A stretch of 32,000 nt of DNA. Source: an uncultured Rickettsiales bacterium (GTDB lineage Bacteria > Pseudomonadota > Alphaproteobacteria > Rickettsiales > Deianiraeaceae). Shown here one piece after another: positions 15,595 through 25,459 of the stretch. The translations under genes and the position numbers were made by a program. The stretch lies in NCBI GenBank assembly GCA_905480015.1, contig CAJQOT010000045.1:4791-36790 (forward strand). Direction: 5' to 3'. The stretch's first letter is position 1; each line of letters opens with the position of its first letter. The notes beneath the pieces are model-generated. The model made no database searches and was not told where the DNA came from. It worked only from the letters and a program-made list of their open reading frames with translations.

Positions 15595-17487
15595 TGATAT
15601 AGATTGCACGGAGCTGTAACCACTTGCGCCAAAAGTATCTGAAGATTCAATGCCAGATATTGTAGAAACTAACTGCTCCAATGAGCCAATTACCATCTTA
15701 ATTGCGTACATCATTAATATTGCCACAATAGCAGGTATAAGAAAAGCAATTATAAGGTGTATAAGTGGAATTGGTATACGAAAAAGCCATATGAAGTGTA
15801 AAGGGAACTTGAAAAAACTCCATGGATGTGCTGCGTATATATTCAGAACGCATGCCGGTGGGGCAACACCTAATAGCAATCCAGAATCAAAGCCAAATGT
15901 CTGCAATATTCCCCATTCACCTCCATAGCAATCGTTTTTAATTGAGTTAGGGTGTGGTGTACCATTTGCATCAATATGGCTATTTCTGTTAAAAAGTGCA
16001 TCTGGATTTGTTCCATATATTACAGAATCGAGCATAACCATCGTGATGACAATCATCATAACTGCCATGATTTTTTGAATGACTGTTCCAATAATTCTTG
16101 TCAGCCACTTGTCAAAAATATCTTTTGTAATATTAAATAATGACAGAGGTATAATAATAATTGACAGGAAAATCAGCAACATAAGATTCACAGTTGCAGT
16201 AACATATATTTGCACTCCCATTAATATGGTATAAATAACGCTAAAAAGATATGTTATTGATACAAGCTTAACAGCAAATGATACAAATGGGATTGGCATT
16301 AATATTGTTATTGCTATAATTGAAAATAGGCCTGGTATCCAAGCGTTACTTGGAAGACCAATATAATTTAAAAATTTACAATCTACGGCGTCAAATAGTG
16401 CAATATATCCCTTTCCACGAGGGTACATTGTCGATTTATATACACTACATCCGTCAGCAGATCCTGGCATAGATTCCATTATAATACCTGAAATAGTTGA
16501 TGATATGGAGTGTATTAATTCAAAGAAGAAGTCTTGCCATGCGTTGCCAATGGTAAAATAAAAAACTAAACCAAACTGCACAACAAACATAATTATATCA
16601 TTTTTTTCTTTAATGCCTTGAGCCATTAAAATTTTATACCCTTCAATAACGATGTAGACAATCAAACATAGCATTATTATTGGTGAAAAATATTGTTGTG
16701 CAACTTTGTATGGTGTTAGTGGAAGGTGTGGAAGGTCTCTATATAGTAGGTTGGCAAAGGTTCCGTCAAGACACTCTATTAAGCGTGCCATAACTGGAAA
16801 TCTTCCATATGATGAATGTCCAAACTTTTGATAAAATAGCACATCTTTCATCATTATAGATGCAAGCTTTCCAGAAGACTTATCTATCAGAGTGAGTACA
16901 TCGGATATTCTTTTATTTGTTATCTCTGATGACGATAGACCAGTAGTGGAAATTTCCTTAGTCATTGCAGCTTCAAATGATGTGCCTATTGTAGTGTTTG
17001 CGTATCCTTGGGCAAATAATGTTCTTAATTGTTCAAGATCGTTGCTGTCAAGTACACTACTTGATATATAATCATAAAGTGAGCTGTATACAACATATTT
17101 ATATATATTTGCATTGGTAACGGCGCTTCCGTCTGGCATTTTATATGAAAGTACTACACAGTCTTGTTCTTGTAGTGGGTTGTCGCAGACTAATCCGCCT
17201 TTTGCGGCGGTGATATTTTGCTTTACAAACTTTAGTAAGTTGTTGTATAGCGACACCCTTAATGTTAAATATGTGGGAACTTTAAACCTTGCTCCCGCTT
17301 TTTCTATATCCGATGCTGAATTCATGTTTACTAAAGGTCCACTTTGAGACATATCCAGCTGTGGTGCAATGCATGCAGGGTCTATAAATGTTGGAGTAGA
17401 CATATAATCAGCCATTGTATAATCAGCCATTGTATATGAAGTGTACAAAACCATTGTAAACAAAGGTATGATGAATTTATGCCACAT
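15439..17487 (-). CDS. TrbL/VirB6-family type IV secretion system inner-membrane protein (paralog with a long N-terminal soluble region and acidic C-terminal tail)
   Basis: 682 aa. Signal/anchor MWHKFIIPLFTMVLY, a ~270-aa soluble region, then at least 6 hydrophobic helices. The segment IIIPLSLFNITKDIFDKWLTRIIGTVIQ resembles the conserved Trp-containing TrbL/VirB6 motif. The C-terminal tail is DKRDEKEKEKEKKKEKKKDDKDDKDDKDDDGDSDSDSGGDSGGDAGGG. Confidence 0.7.
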   Translation of the reverse strand: MWHKFIIPLFTMVLYTSYTMADYTMADYMSTPTFIDPACIAPQLDMSQSGPLVNMNSASDIEKAGARFKVPTYLTLRVSLYNNLLKFVKQNITAAKGGLVCDNPLQEQDCVVLSYKMPDGSAVTNANIYKYVVYSSLYDYISSSVLDSNDLEQLRTLFAQGYANTTIGTSFEAAMTKEISTTGLSSSEITNKRISDVLTLIDKSSGKLASIMMKDVLFYQKFGHSSYGRFPVMARLIECLDGTFANLLYRDLPHLPLTPYKVAQQYFSPIIMLCLIVYIVIEGYKILMAQGIKEKNDIIMFVVQFGLVFYFTIGNAWQDFFFELIHSISSTISGIIMESMPGSADGCSVYKSTMYPRGKGYIALFDAVDCKFLNYIGLPSNAWIPGLFSIIAITILMPIPFVSFAVKLVSITYLFSVIYTILMGVQIYVTATVNLMLLIFLSIIIIPLSLFNITKDIFDKWLTRIIGTVIQKIMAVMMIVITMVMLDSVIYGTNPDALFNRNSHIDANGTPHPNSIKNDCYGGEWGILQTFGFDSGLLLGVAPPACVLNIYAAHPWSFFKFPLHFIWLFRIPIPLIHLIIAFLIPAIVAILMMYAIKMVIGSLEQLVSTISGIESSDTFGASGYSSVQSISDKLDKRDEKEKEKEKKKEKKKDDKDDKDDKDDDGDSDSDSGGDSGGDAGGG
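17403..17432 (-). repeat. Perfect 15-bp tandem duplication (TATAATCAGCCATTG x2) inside the 5' end of the VirB6-like gene, encoding the duplicated pentapeptide in YTMADYTMADY
   Basis: Read directly from 17403-17417 and 17418-17432. Confidence 0.9.
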
Positions 17488-17633
17488 AAAATTAAACTGA
17501 TTGCAAGTATAAGTATATACTTAAAGATATGAAATGGTAAATATCAAGTATTTTTTATATTTTGAAAAAAAGCTTGAATTTTATTTTTCTCTCATTGAAG
17601 GTGATGGAGCATTAACTAAATAATCATCGTGAT

Positions 17634-17864
17634 ATGTCTGAAATTGAAGTAAAAGTAAAAAATATTGTTGCTAAGCAATTAAACTGTAAAGGCGATGTTA
17701 AAGAGGAACATTCTTTTGTTGACGACCTTGGTGCTGACAGTTTAGATGTTGTGGAGCTTGTTATGGCATTTGAAGAGGAATTTGGAGTTGATATTCCTGA
17801 TAAGCAAGCAGAGTCTATTCAAACGGTCGCTCATGCTATTAAATATATTGAGGATAATAAGTAA
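17634..17864 (+). CDS. acpP: Acyl carrier protein
   Basis: 76 aa. Phosphopantetheine-attachment motif [22 protein letters not shown]. Confidence 0.95.
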   Translation: MSEIEVKVKNIVAKQLNCKGDVKEEHSFVDDLGADSLDVVELVMAFEEEFGVDIPDKQAESIQTVAHAIKYIEDNK

Positions 17865-17868
17865 AACT

Positions 17869-18192
17869 ATGGACTCAAACTCATCTACCTTTAAGCGTAT
17901 ACAAAATGATATTACGAATAATGATGTTGTTTTGTATATGAAGGGGACAAAAATGTTTCCTCAGTGTGGCTTTTCTTCTGTTGTTGTTTCAATATTGCAA
18001 AATTTGGGAGTTGATTTTACCGATATCAATGTTTTAGATGATGATGAAGTACGGCAGGGTATTAAAGAATTTTCTGATTGGCCAACAGTTCCACAGCTTT
18101 ATTACAAAGGTGAGTTTGTTGGTGGTTGTGATATTATTCGCGAAATGTTTCAGTCTTCTGAATTGCATGAATTGTTTGGCATTAAGAAATAA
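17869..18192 (+). CDS. grxD: Monothiol glutaredoxin (Grx4 family)
   Basis: The track ORF 17746-18192 overlaps acpP. The ATG at 17869 gives [37 protein letters not shown] (CGFS active site), followed by [19 protein letters not shown]. Confidence 0.9.
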   Translation: MDSNSSTFKRIQNDITNNDVVLYMKGTKMFPQCGFSSVVVSILQNLGVDFTDINVLDDDEVRQGIKEFSDWPTVPQLYYKGEFVGGCDIIREMFQSSELHELFGIKK

Positions 18193-18209
18193 ATCATTTA
18201 AAATTAATC

Positions 18210-19382
18210 ATGGATTATAATTTAATTCAAGATGTGGTTGTACATGGCACTGTTGTTGTGCGGACTGATTTAAATGTTCCTATTTCTAGCGGTCAAGTAC
18301 AAGATGTTACCCGCATTTTAGAATCTTACAAAACTATCAAATATACACTGGAGACTGGTGCCGATAGAGTTGTGATTATCTCTCATTTTGGGCGCCCCAA
18401 AGGTAAAATTGTTGACGACCTTTCCCTTAAACATATTATTCCCAATTTAGAAGAAATATATGGGCAAAAAGTTGCTTTTTATACATTTCAAGATATTGCA
18501 CAAATTCGTCAATCAAATGCAAAAATTATTCTTTTAGAAAATATCCGTTTTAATAGCGAAGAGGAAAGTAATGATGATGACTTTGCGAAATCTCTTGCAG
18601 AAATTGGTGATTTTTATGTGAACGATGCTTTTTCGGCAAGCCATCGTACTCATGCTTCAGTTGCTGGTGTGGCACAATATATTAAAGTTTATGCGGGCCT
18701 GCTTCTTCAAAGTGAAATTACTACAATTGAAAATATCCTCCATAATACTCAAAAAGAAAAAGTTTGCACTATCATTGGTGGTTCAAAAGTTTCAACAAAA
18801 TTTGATTTACTAAAGAATTTAATTCATCAATCACAAAAAATTATTCTTGGTGGTGGAATGGCAAACACATTTCTTTATGCACAAGGGTTTGCTATTGGGT
18901 CTTCAATGTTTGAGGAGAGTTTTGCCCCTTTATGTTTAGATATTCTAAAAAAAGCACAAGAGATTGGAACGCAAATTATTCTTCCAACATTTGTTATTAC
19001 ATCAAAAAAGTTTGAAGATTCTCAAGATATTGAAGTAAAGCATATTAATAATATTCAAAAAAACGACATAATAGTAGATGTAAGCCTTGAGAAAGAGTTA
19101 GAATCCATAATAGACACAGTGGAGTATATTGTGTGGAATGGTCCACTGGGAGCTTTTGAAATTCAACCATTTAAATGTGGGACTGAAAGTGTTGCACGAA
19201 TTATTGCAAAATACACTTCCATTGGGTCGATAAAATCTATTATTGGCGGGGGAGATGTCGTTTGTGCTATTGCTTCTTCGGGTTTAAAAAACTCTATGAC
19301 ATACATCTCAACTGGCGGAGGAGCATTTCTTGAATGGTTTGAAGGAAGAAAATTACCAGGAATTGATATATGCAAAAAATGA
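18210..19382 (+). CDS. pgk: Phosphoglycerate kinase
   Basis: 390 aa. Contains VRTDLNVP, IISHFGRPKG, LENIRFN, FYVNDAFSASHR, IIGGSKVSTK, WNGPLGAFE and STGGGAFLE. Confidence 0.95.
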   Translation: MDYNLIQDVVVHGTVVVRTDLNVPISSGQVQDVTRILESYKTIKYTLETGADRVVIISHFGRPKGKIVDDLSLKHIIPNLEEIYGQKVAFYTFQDIAQIRQSNAKIILLENIRFNSEEESNDDDFAKSLAEIGDFYVNDAFSASHRTHASVAGVAQYIKVYAGLLLQSEITTIENILHNTQKEKVCTIIGGSKVSTKFDLLKNLIHQSQKIILGGGMANTFLYAQGFAIGSSMFEESFAPLCLDILKKAQEIGTQIILPTFVITSKKFEDSQDIEVKHINNIQKNDIIVDVSLEKELESIIDTVEYIVWNGPLGAFEIQPFKCGTESVARIIAKYTSIGSIKSIIGGGDVVCAIASSGLKNSMTYISTGGGAFLEWFEGRKLPGIDICKK

Positions 19383-19654
19383 AAAATAACGACGACTTCC
19401 TCCGTGAATTGATACATAAGTCTTGGCATCGCGGTTGCAAAGAGACAGATATACTTCTTGGGTTCTTTGCTCGTGATACACTCGGTGCAATGGATGCTAT
19501 ATTTTTGGAAAAATATAGTAAATTTATTTATGAATCAGATTGGGATATATACGCGTGGCTAACAGAAGAGGCTAAATCACCTGAAAAATATAGGGATATA
19601 ATTAAAAAAATTCAAGACTATCATAGCAATGTGCGTGCGTTAAATTTGCAATAA
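19370..19654 (+). CDS. sdhE: FAD assembly factor SdhE (succinate dehydrogenase assembly factor 2 family)
   Basis: 94 aa. Conserved RGxxE motif in WHRGCKETDILLGFF, and DWDIYAWL downstream. An alternative start at 19379 makes an ATGA overlap with the pgk stop. Confidence 0.75.
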   Translation: MQKMKNNDDFLRELIHKSWHRGCKETDILLGFFARDTLGAMDAIFLEKYSKFIYESDWDIYAWLTEEAKSPEKYRDIIKKIQDYHSNVRALNLQ

Positions 19655-19663
19655 TAAATTGAG

Positions 19664-20635
19664 ATGATAGACAAAAACCAATTAATGGCAATATGCTTAA
19701 ATGTTGCAAGGCAAAATTTTGGAAGAACAGGCTCTAATCCATCAGTTGGGGCTTTAGTGTTTAAGAATGACTGTGTTGCCACTGGGTCTACCTCTATCGG
19801 AGGTATTCCACATGCAGAAACGATAGCCATTCAAAAGGCAGAAAAACTAGGAATTGATTGCCATGGTGCGGAACTTTTTGTTACGCTTGAGCCGTGTGCA
19901 CATCATGGTAAAACTTTGCCGTGTGTAGAAAATATTATTGATGCAGGCATTACAAAAGTCACAATTGGCATGCAAGATATAGATACAAGAGTTAATGGCC
20001 GTGGAATAGAAACATTGCGTGCAAAAGGTGTTGAAGTGGAACTTTTAGAGATGGACGAAATTAGAGAGTTTTATCGTCATTATATTGTGTATAAAACTCA
20101 ATTAAGACCATACATTACATTAAAAATTGCATCATCAATGGATGGTAAAATTGCCCTTTTAAATGGAAAAAGCAAATGGATTACATCGCATAAAGTAAGG
20201 CATTATACAAATTTTTTGCGTAGCCGTTTTAATGGTATTATGGTTGGAGCTGAAACCGTGAGGAAGGACAACCCTTCATTAAATTGCCGCATTGTAGGGC
20301 TTGAGAAATTTTCACCTCGTAAAATTGTTGCTTCATCAACGAAAATATCGGAATATATTACCGTAAATGGTAGTGTTACGGAAATGTTAGAAGCGTTACA
20401 TAGTCAAGGTTTGCAGTCTCTCTTGGTGGAGGGCGGTGCAAATGTTATTACGCAGTTTATTAAAAGTAATATTTTTGATGAAATTATTGTAGTGCAAGCT
20501 CCAATTTTTCTTGGTAATGATGCAAAAAATGATATTGACGACATGCAATTACAAGATATCCCTCTTTATTCAATGCAAATTCAAGAAAGAAAAATCATTG
20601 ATGGCAATATTGTATTGATTCTCAAAAATCTTTGA
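19664..20635 (+). CDS. ribD: Bifunctional riboflavin biosynthesis protein RibD (pyrimidine deaminase / reductase)
   Basis: 323 aa. Deaminase zinc motifs HAETIAI and TLEPCAHHGKTLPC. The reductase half contains ITLKIASSMDGKIA and LLVEGGANV. Confidence 0.9.
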   Translation: MIDKNQLMAICLNVARQNFGRTGSNPSVGALVFKNDCVATGSTSIGGIPHAETIAIQKAEKLGIDCHGAELFVTLEPCAHHGKTLPCVENIIDAGITKVTIGMQDIDTRVNGRGIETLRAKGVEVELLEMDEIREFYRHYIVYKTQLRPYITLKIASSMDGKIALLNGKSKWITSHKVRHYTNFLRSRFNGIMVGAETVRKDNPSLNCRIVGLEKFSPRKIVASSTKISEYITVNGSVTEMLEALHSQGLQSLLVEGGANVITQFIKSNIFDEIIVVQAPIFLGNDAKNDIDDMQLQDIPLYSMQIQERKIIDGNIVLILKNL

Positions 20636-20681
20636 ATCATATATTTATCACAAATAATATCTCAAATTTTTTATAGAGGCG

Positions 20682-21407
20682 ATGGTAGTACTAATTACAG
20701 GTTCAGCAAAAAGAATAGGTCTTTCTATTGCAAGATTTTGTGCTGGCAAAGGTTATGATGTCGCAATGCATTGCAATTCGTCGCGAATGATTGCAGAAAT
20801 AGAAGCAGAGAAAATACGCAAGGATTTTAAGGTAAAATGTGAAGTGTTTGAGTGTGATTTATCGAACACCGAAGAAATTCCTTTATTTTTTGTAGAGGTG
20901 CTGAAGGTTTTTACTCAAATTGATGTGTTAATTAACAATGCTTCTATTTTTACAAAATCTTCTATTCTAAATATAGAAATGAGCGACATGTCTAGTATGT
21001 TTAATATCCATCTATTTTCTCCTGCGTTACTTTGTAAAGTTTTCGCATTGCAGAATAACATGAAAAATGGTTTGATTATCAATTTTTTAGATAAAAATAT
21101 TAACAGGGCAAAAACAAAATATTTTGCGTATTTGCATTCTAAAAAATCATTGTGGGAGTTAACACAATACCTTGCGGTTGAGCTAGCTCCTAATGTGCGT
21201 ACAAATGCAATTTCTCCGGGTTTTATTATTGAGGAAGAGGGTGCAGTTGTGAATAAAGAATATATGGATTCACAATTAGAATCTATTCCCTTGAAAAGGC
21301 AAGGAAGTGTAGATGATATTATTCATGCGGTAGAATATCTTATGGACAATCAATATGTAAATGGGCAAAATTTATATGTTGATGGTGGTGCATTTTTGGT
21401 TGAATGA
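20682..21407 (+). CDS. Short-chain dehydrogenase/reductase of the FolM/pteridine-reductase (PTR1) type
   Basis: 241 aa. The cofactor motif reads ITGSAKRIG (TGX3RXG rather than TGX3GXG). Also contains NNAS, a YxxxK (YLHSK) and the C-terminal YVNGQNLYVDGG. Confidence 0.7.
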   Translation: MVVLITGSAKRIGLSIARFCAGKGYDVAMHCNSSRMIAEIEAEKIRKDFKVKCEVFECDLSNTEEIPLFFVEVLKVFTQIDVLINNASIFTKSSILNIEMSDMSSMFNIHLFSPALLCKVFALQNNMKNGLIINFLDKNINRAKTKYFAYLHSKKSLWELTQYLAVELAPNVRTNAISPGFIIEEEGAVVNKEYMDSQLESIPLKRQGSVDDIIHAVEYLMDNQYVNGQNLYVDGGAFLVE

Positions 21408-21488
21408 TAACAAGCAAACTTATACAATGATTCTCATAAATAACAAGCTAAACTATTGCTTTTGAAAAATACCAATCTTTTAAAAAGT

Positions 21489-22730
21489 TTATGCAATCAA
21501 ATGAATTTGATTGATTGAAAGGAAGTGATATTTTTTTCTGTTGGCTGCACAAACGAATCCCATTAAAATTCCGTGTGCAAGCATTGACGACCCTCCGTAG
21601 CTAATAAATGGCAATACCATACCTTTTGGTGGAATAAGATTTAAATTTACCGAAACATTTACCATTGCCTCAAAGAATATCATTGCCATTGAAAGAATAA
21701 TGATATAACTATCTACTATTGTAGACATTTGATATTTTTCAAATCTTGGGTGGTCAATAAAAGAGATTTCAGCATAAGCATTATATTCTTTTTGTACATA
21801 TGTGAGGTTAGAAAAAATTAACATTGCAAATATCATTACAATAATAATTAAAAATATACCTCCCATCTCTTCACCAATTCTTGCAAAAATAAAGTCATTA
21901 TGAGAGTCCGGTATTTTTTTTGATATTTCACCGACGCCCAAGCCCTTTCCTAGCAAACCACCATTTTTAATAGCATTATATGCTATATGTGTTTGATACC
22001 CCTGCTCGCCTTGAAAGAAATGTACAATGCGATACTTTACATGTGAAAGTGAAAACATTGCAATTATAAGAATTGTGATTACTGGAATTGCAATGTACAC
22101 AAGAGTTTTAAAACGAACATCTGACATTAACACAAGGATGACAGTTAAAAAGGTATATGTTAATACCATGCCAAAATCTGGTTGTAAAAGTAGCAAAAAT
22201 ATAATACATAAAAAAAGCAATCCGTATAATATAGGAAAGAGGTAGTGCCGTGTCTTTTCGTAAAAGTAATAAAGATATGCACTAATGACTATAAAAAAAG
22301 GCTTTAGTATTTCTGATGGTTGAATTGTAATGATGCGTAAATTAAGCCATCTTTCAGCACCTTTGACACTTTTACCAGACATAGCAAAAACTGCGAGTAA
22401 CGATAACAGCGAGCATATTAAACCAATTTGTGCAAATTTAATAATAAATTCTGTACTTTGACAAGAAAGCCAAAAAAACATACAAAATGCAATCAAAATA
22501 AATACAACTTGCTTTTTGAAGAAGTATAAATTTGCCACCCCCAAAGAACTTGAAGCATTATAACTTGCCGAAAAAACAGACATAAGACCAATAAACAGTA
22601 GGGAACAGTAAGCAAATAGTGTAAGCTTGTGTATGTCCCTCCACCATAGATATAAAGGATTATAACGGGATAACATTAGAAGAATATTACTGATGAACAT
22701 AAAAATATTAATGTATATATCCGATGTCAA
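21489..22730 (-). CDS. SEDS-family peptidoglycan polymerase (FtsW/RodA)
   Basis: 413 aa from a TTG start, with internal ATG alternatives (MFISN..., MLSRYNP...). Polytopic. Contains LQPDFG, HNDFIFARIGEEMGG and GMVLPFISYGGSSML. I cannot separate FtsW from RodA by eye, and neither a dcw nor an mrd neighbourhood is present. Confidence 0.85.
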   Translation of the reverse strand: MTSDIYINIFMFISNILLMLSRYNPLYLWWRDIHKLTLFAYCSLLFIGLMSVFSASYNASSSLGVANLYFFKKQVVFILIAFCMFFWLSCQSTEFIIKFAQIGLICSLLSLLAVFAMSGKSVKGAERWLNLRIITIQPSEILKPFFIVISAYLYYFYEKTRHYLFPILYGLLFLCIIFLLLLQPDFGMVLTYTFLTVILVLMSDVRFKTLVYIAIPVITILIIAMFSLSHVKYRIVHFFQGEQGYQTHIAYNAIKNGGLLGKGLGVGEISKKIPDSHNDFIFARIGEEMGGIFLIIIVMIFAMLIFSNLTYVQKEYNAYAEISFIDHPRFEKYQMSTIVDSYIIILSMAMIFFEAMVNVSVNLNLIPPKGMVLPFISYGGSSMLAHGILMGFVCAANRKKYHFLSINQIHLIA

Positions 22731-22978
22731 GAAAATATCATTCGAATTGAGTAATTGAGCACTTTATTCTTTTATAATTAAAAACACACCTTACTTAGGT
22801 TTGTTTTATATATGCAGAGATTATGCGGATTTGCTAAAATAGTGTGCTTGTGCTATATGGAAGCTTATGGAAGCTGTCAATCGGTATTGAGGCTCACCGA
22901 ATACATAATAAAAATATTGACATTTAATCAATCATAATGTTTTCAATGTAAGGTGCATTATAATTTTTCCATAAAACA

Positions 22979-24883
22979 ATGTCTGGCAGTGGATATAACA
23001 AGACTTTAGATATTCACAATGAACAAGATGCGGATTCTCTTTTAAAGTATATTAAGCCATTAATAGAGGCTGGTAAAGCTGAGGGGTTTATAACATACGA
23101 CGACCTTAACAAGGTATTACCTGCGAATTGTGACGAAGACACATATACAACAATAATATCTTTCTTGGAAGACTTTGATATAACTATTGTAAAGTCTGCA
23201 AAAGGTATGGGAATTGGTTCAACTGTTAGTAGCAATGAAGAAGTTGATGAGCCAATCGGTAGTAGCTCGCCTACTGCAACGAATATATATATGAATAAAA
23301 TGAGTAGCATCCCGCTGCTTACAAAGGACAATGAAATAAATATTGCAAAGCGTATTGAAGACGGAAGAAATTCAATTTTAGAATCTCTATTACGAACTCC
23401 ATATGCACTAAATAAAATTATTGCTATATACGATGAGATATCCAACGGAACAATATTGCTTCGTGATGTTGTAGAAGTTGATGCCTTATACAGAGACCTT
23501 AACACCGTAGAGGAAGGGGTAGTTGAGGAATTTAATAGCGAAAATGAAGATGACATTGACAGTGAAGACTTTGATGAAGAAACATTGGAAGATGTAGATG
23601 AAGATATTACAAACCTTGAAAATGGTGGTACAATATCTATTTCTATTATGGAAAAAGCGTTATTGCACCATGTTACAACAGCACTTTCCATAGCAATTGA
23701 GAATATTCAAAAAATTATTCGCATTGCCAAAAATAATGAAGATATTTCTTCTCCCAAATGTTTATTGCTTTTTGAAGATATATTCACTAGCATTAAAAGC
23801 ATTCGCCTCAATCAGAATGTGATTAACCTAATGTTAAATGAAATATCCGATATTAACAAGGAAATTATTGCCATTGAAAAGCAAATTATAGAAATATTTG
23901 AAGACATTGGTATCAAGAGAAGCCTTATTTTTGATGCAATACTGTCAATACCAATTGATAACAACTGGATTGAGAATCTACAGAACCTCAAAATTAAAGA
24001 GATAAAATCATATATTAAGAAAAATCAACATACATTATCATCTATTAAAGATAAAAATATCTACATTCACAATAAATATACCGTTGTATGTATTGAAGAA
24101 TTCAAACACCTTGTTGGGATAATTCAAAAAAACAACCGTGATACTCAAAAAGCAAAAAGAGAAATGATCGAAGCCAATTTAAGACTAGTAATTTCTATTG
24201 TCAAAAGGTATGGTAGTAAAAATATTTCTTTTTTAGACCTTGTACAAGAAGGCAATATGGGCTTAATTAAAGCAGTAGATAAATTTGAATACCGCCGTGG
24301 TTGTAAATTTTCAACTTATGCAACATGGTGGATTAAACAAGCTATCAACAGAGCCGCTATTGACCAAGGACGCCTTATTAGAATTCCAGTGCATATGGTT
24401 GATGATGTGTCCAAAATGAATAAAATTATCAGAGACTTCAAACGCAAAAATAACAGAGAGCCAACAGTCAAAGAAATTGCTAAGCAAATGTGTATAACGC
24501 CAGAAAAGGTATCAAAAATGCAAAGAATTGTCACCGACCCCGTCAGCCTTGAAGCACCCATTGGACACGACAACGAAAACACATTTGGCGATTTCATTGA
24601 AGACAAATCATCCGCGTCTCCATTTCAAACTGCAATTGACAAAGATCTCAAAAAAGTTACAAGAAAGCTTCTATCTGATCTATCACTTCGTGAGGAAAGA
24701 GTATTGCGTATGCGTTTTGGCATTGATATGAACCGAGATCACACACTTGAAGAAGTTGGCGACCAATTCGATGTTACACGCGAAAGAGTTCGTCAAATTG
24801 AAGCAAAAGCACTACGTAAATTAAGACATCCAATACGATCAAGCTATCTAAAAGATTATATCAAAAGCGACACTGATGAATAA
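22979..24883 (+). CDS. rpoD: RNA polymerase primary sigma factor (sigma-70)
   Basis: 634 aa. Region 2 reads [58 protein letters not shown]. Region 4 reads [29 protein letters not shown]. An acidic non-conserved insert is present. Confidence 0.95.
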   Translation: MSGSGYNKTLDIHNEQDADSLLKYIKPLIEAGKAEGFITYDDLNKVLPANCDEDTYTTIISFLEDFDITIVKSAKGMGIGSTVSSNEEVDEPIGSSSPTATNIYMNKMSSIPLLTKDNEINIAKRIEDGRNSILESLLRTPYALNKIIAIYDEISNGTILLRDVVEVDALYRDLNTVEEGVVEEFNSENEDDIDSEDFDEETLEDVDEDITNLENGGTISISIMEKALLHHVTTALSIAIENIQKIIRIAKNNEDISSPKCLLLFEDIFTSIKSIRLNQNVINLMLNEISDINKEIIAIEKQIIEIFEDIGIKRSLIFDAILSIPIDNNWIENLQNLKIKEIKSYIKKNQHTLSSIKDKNIYIHNKYTVVCIEEFKHLVGIIQKNNRDTQKAKREMIEANLRLVISIVKRYGSKNISFLDLVQEGNMGLIKAVDKFEYRRGCKFSTYATWWIKQAINRAAIDQGRLIRIPVHMVDDVSKMNKIIRDFKRKNNREPTVKEIAKQMCITPEKVSKMQRIVTDPVSLEAPIGHDNENTFGDFIEDKSSASPFQTAIDKDLKKVTRKLLSDLSLREERVLRMRFGIDMNRDHTLEEVGDQFDVTRERVRQIEAKALRKLRHPIRSSYLKDYIKSDTDE

Positions 24884-24898
24884 TTATATAATATCAAT

Positions 24899-25459
24899 AT
24901 GATACCAATACAAAATATTATAGAAGAGAGCCCATTTTCTGAATTTTGCACTACTACAGAAGCATTCAATGAAACCACAATATACTTTCAAGAACCGGAG
25001 AAAATACATCACCTTCTATCCTTTTTAAAGGAATGTAAAATTTCATTCCAAATGTTGATTGATATATGCGGAGTACACTACCCTCAAAATAATAAACCAT
25101 TTGAAGTTGTATATCACCTACTTTCACTCACAGAAAACCAAAGATTGCGTATAATTTGCCAACTTGATGAAGCACAAGAAATTCACACAGTAGAATCGGT
25201 ATACAACGCCGCATGCTGGTTTGAAAGAGAAACATACGATATGTACGGCATTATATTTACAAACAGCAATGATTTACGACGCATACTCACGGACTACAAC
25301 TTCCAAGGCTTTCCTTTGCGAAAAGACTTTCCACTAACAGGGCATACGGAAGTACGGTATGATGCAACCAAAGGAGAGATCGTCTACGACCCAGTATCAT
25401 TATCACAAGATTACCGTCAATTCGACTTCTCCTCAAATTGGTCAGGTAATAATGAATAA
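24899..25459 (+). CDS. nuoC: NADH-quinone oxidoreductase subunit C
   Basis: 186 aa. Contains FEVVYHLLSL, NAACWFERETYDMYGIIF and LRKDFPLTGHTEVRYD. Confidence 0.9.
   Translation: MIPIQNIIEESPFSEFCTTTEAFNETTIYFQEPEKIHHLLSFLKECKISFQMLIDICGVHYPQNNKPFEVVYHLLSLTENQRLRIICQLDEAQEIHTVESVYNAACWFERETYDMYGIIFTNSNDLRRILTDYNFQGFPLRKDFPLTGHTEVRYDATKGEIVYDPVSLSQDYRQFDFSSNWSGNNE

Noticed and set aside
15423-15650. 75-aa minus-strand ORF with an RRRRRKRRRRRK run
   Set aside because: It is an alternative reading frame of the EK/KD low-complexity tail of the VirB6-like gene and overlaps two supported genes.
22856-22900. 10-bp tandem duplication TATGGAAGCT x2 (22856-22875) followed by a 5-bp stem hairpin TCGGT...ACCGA in the 248-bp region upstream of rpoD
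   Set aside because: It is too short and weak to call as a regulatory element or sRNA, and no convincing -35/-10 pair or terminator is associated with it. It may deserve a look only if transcript data show a small RNA here.
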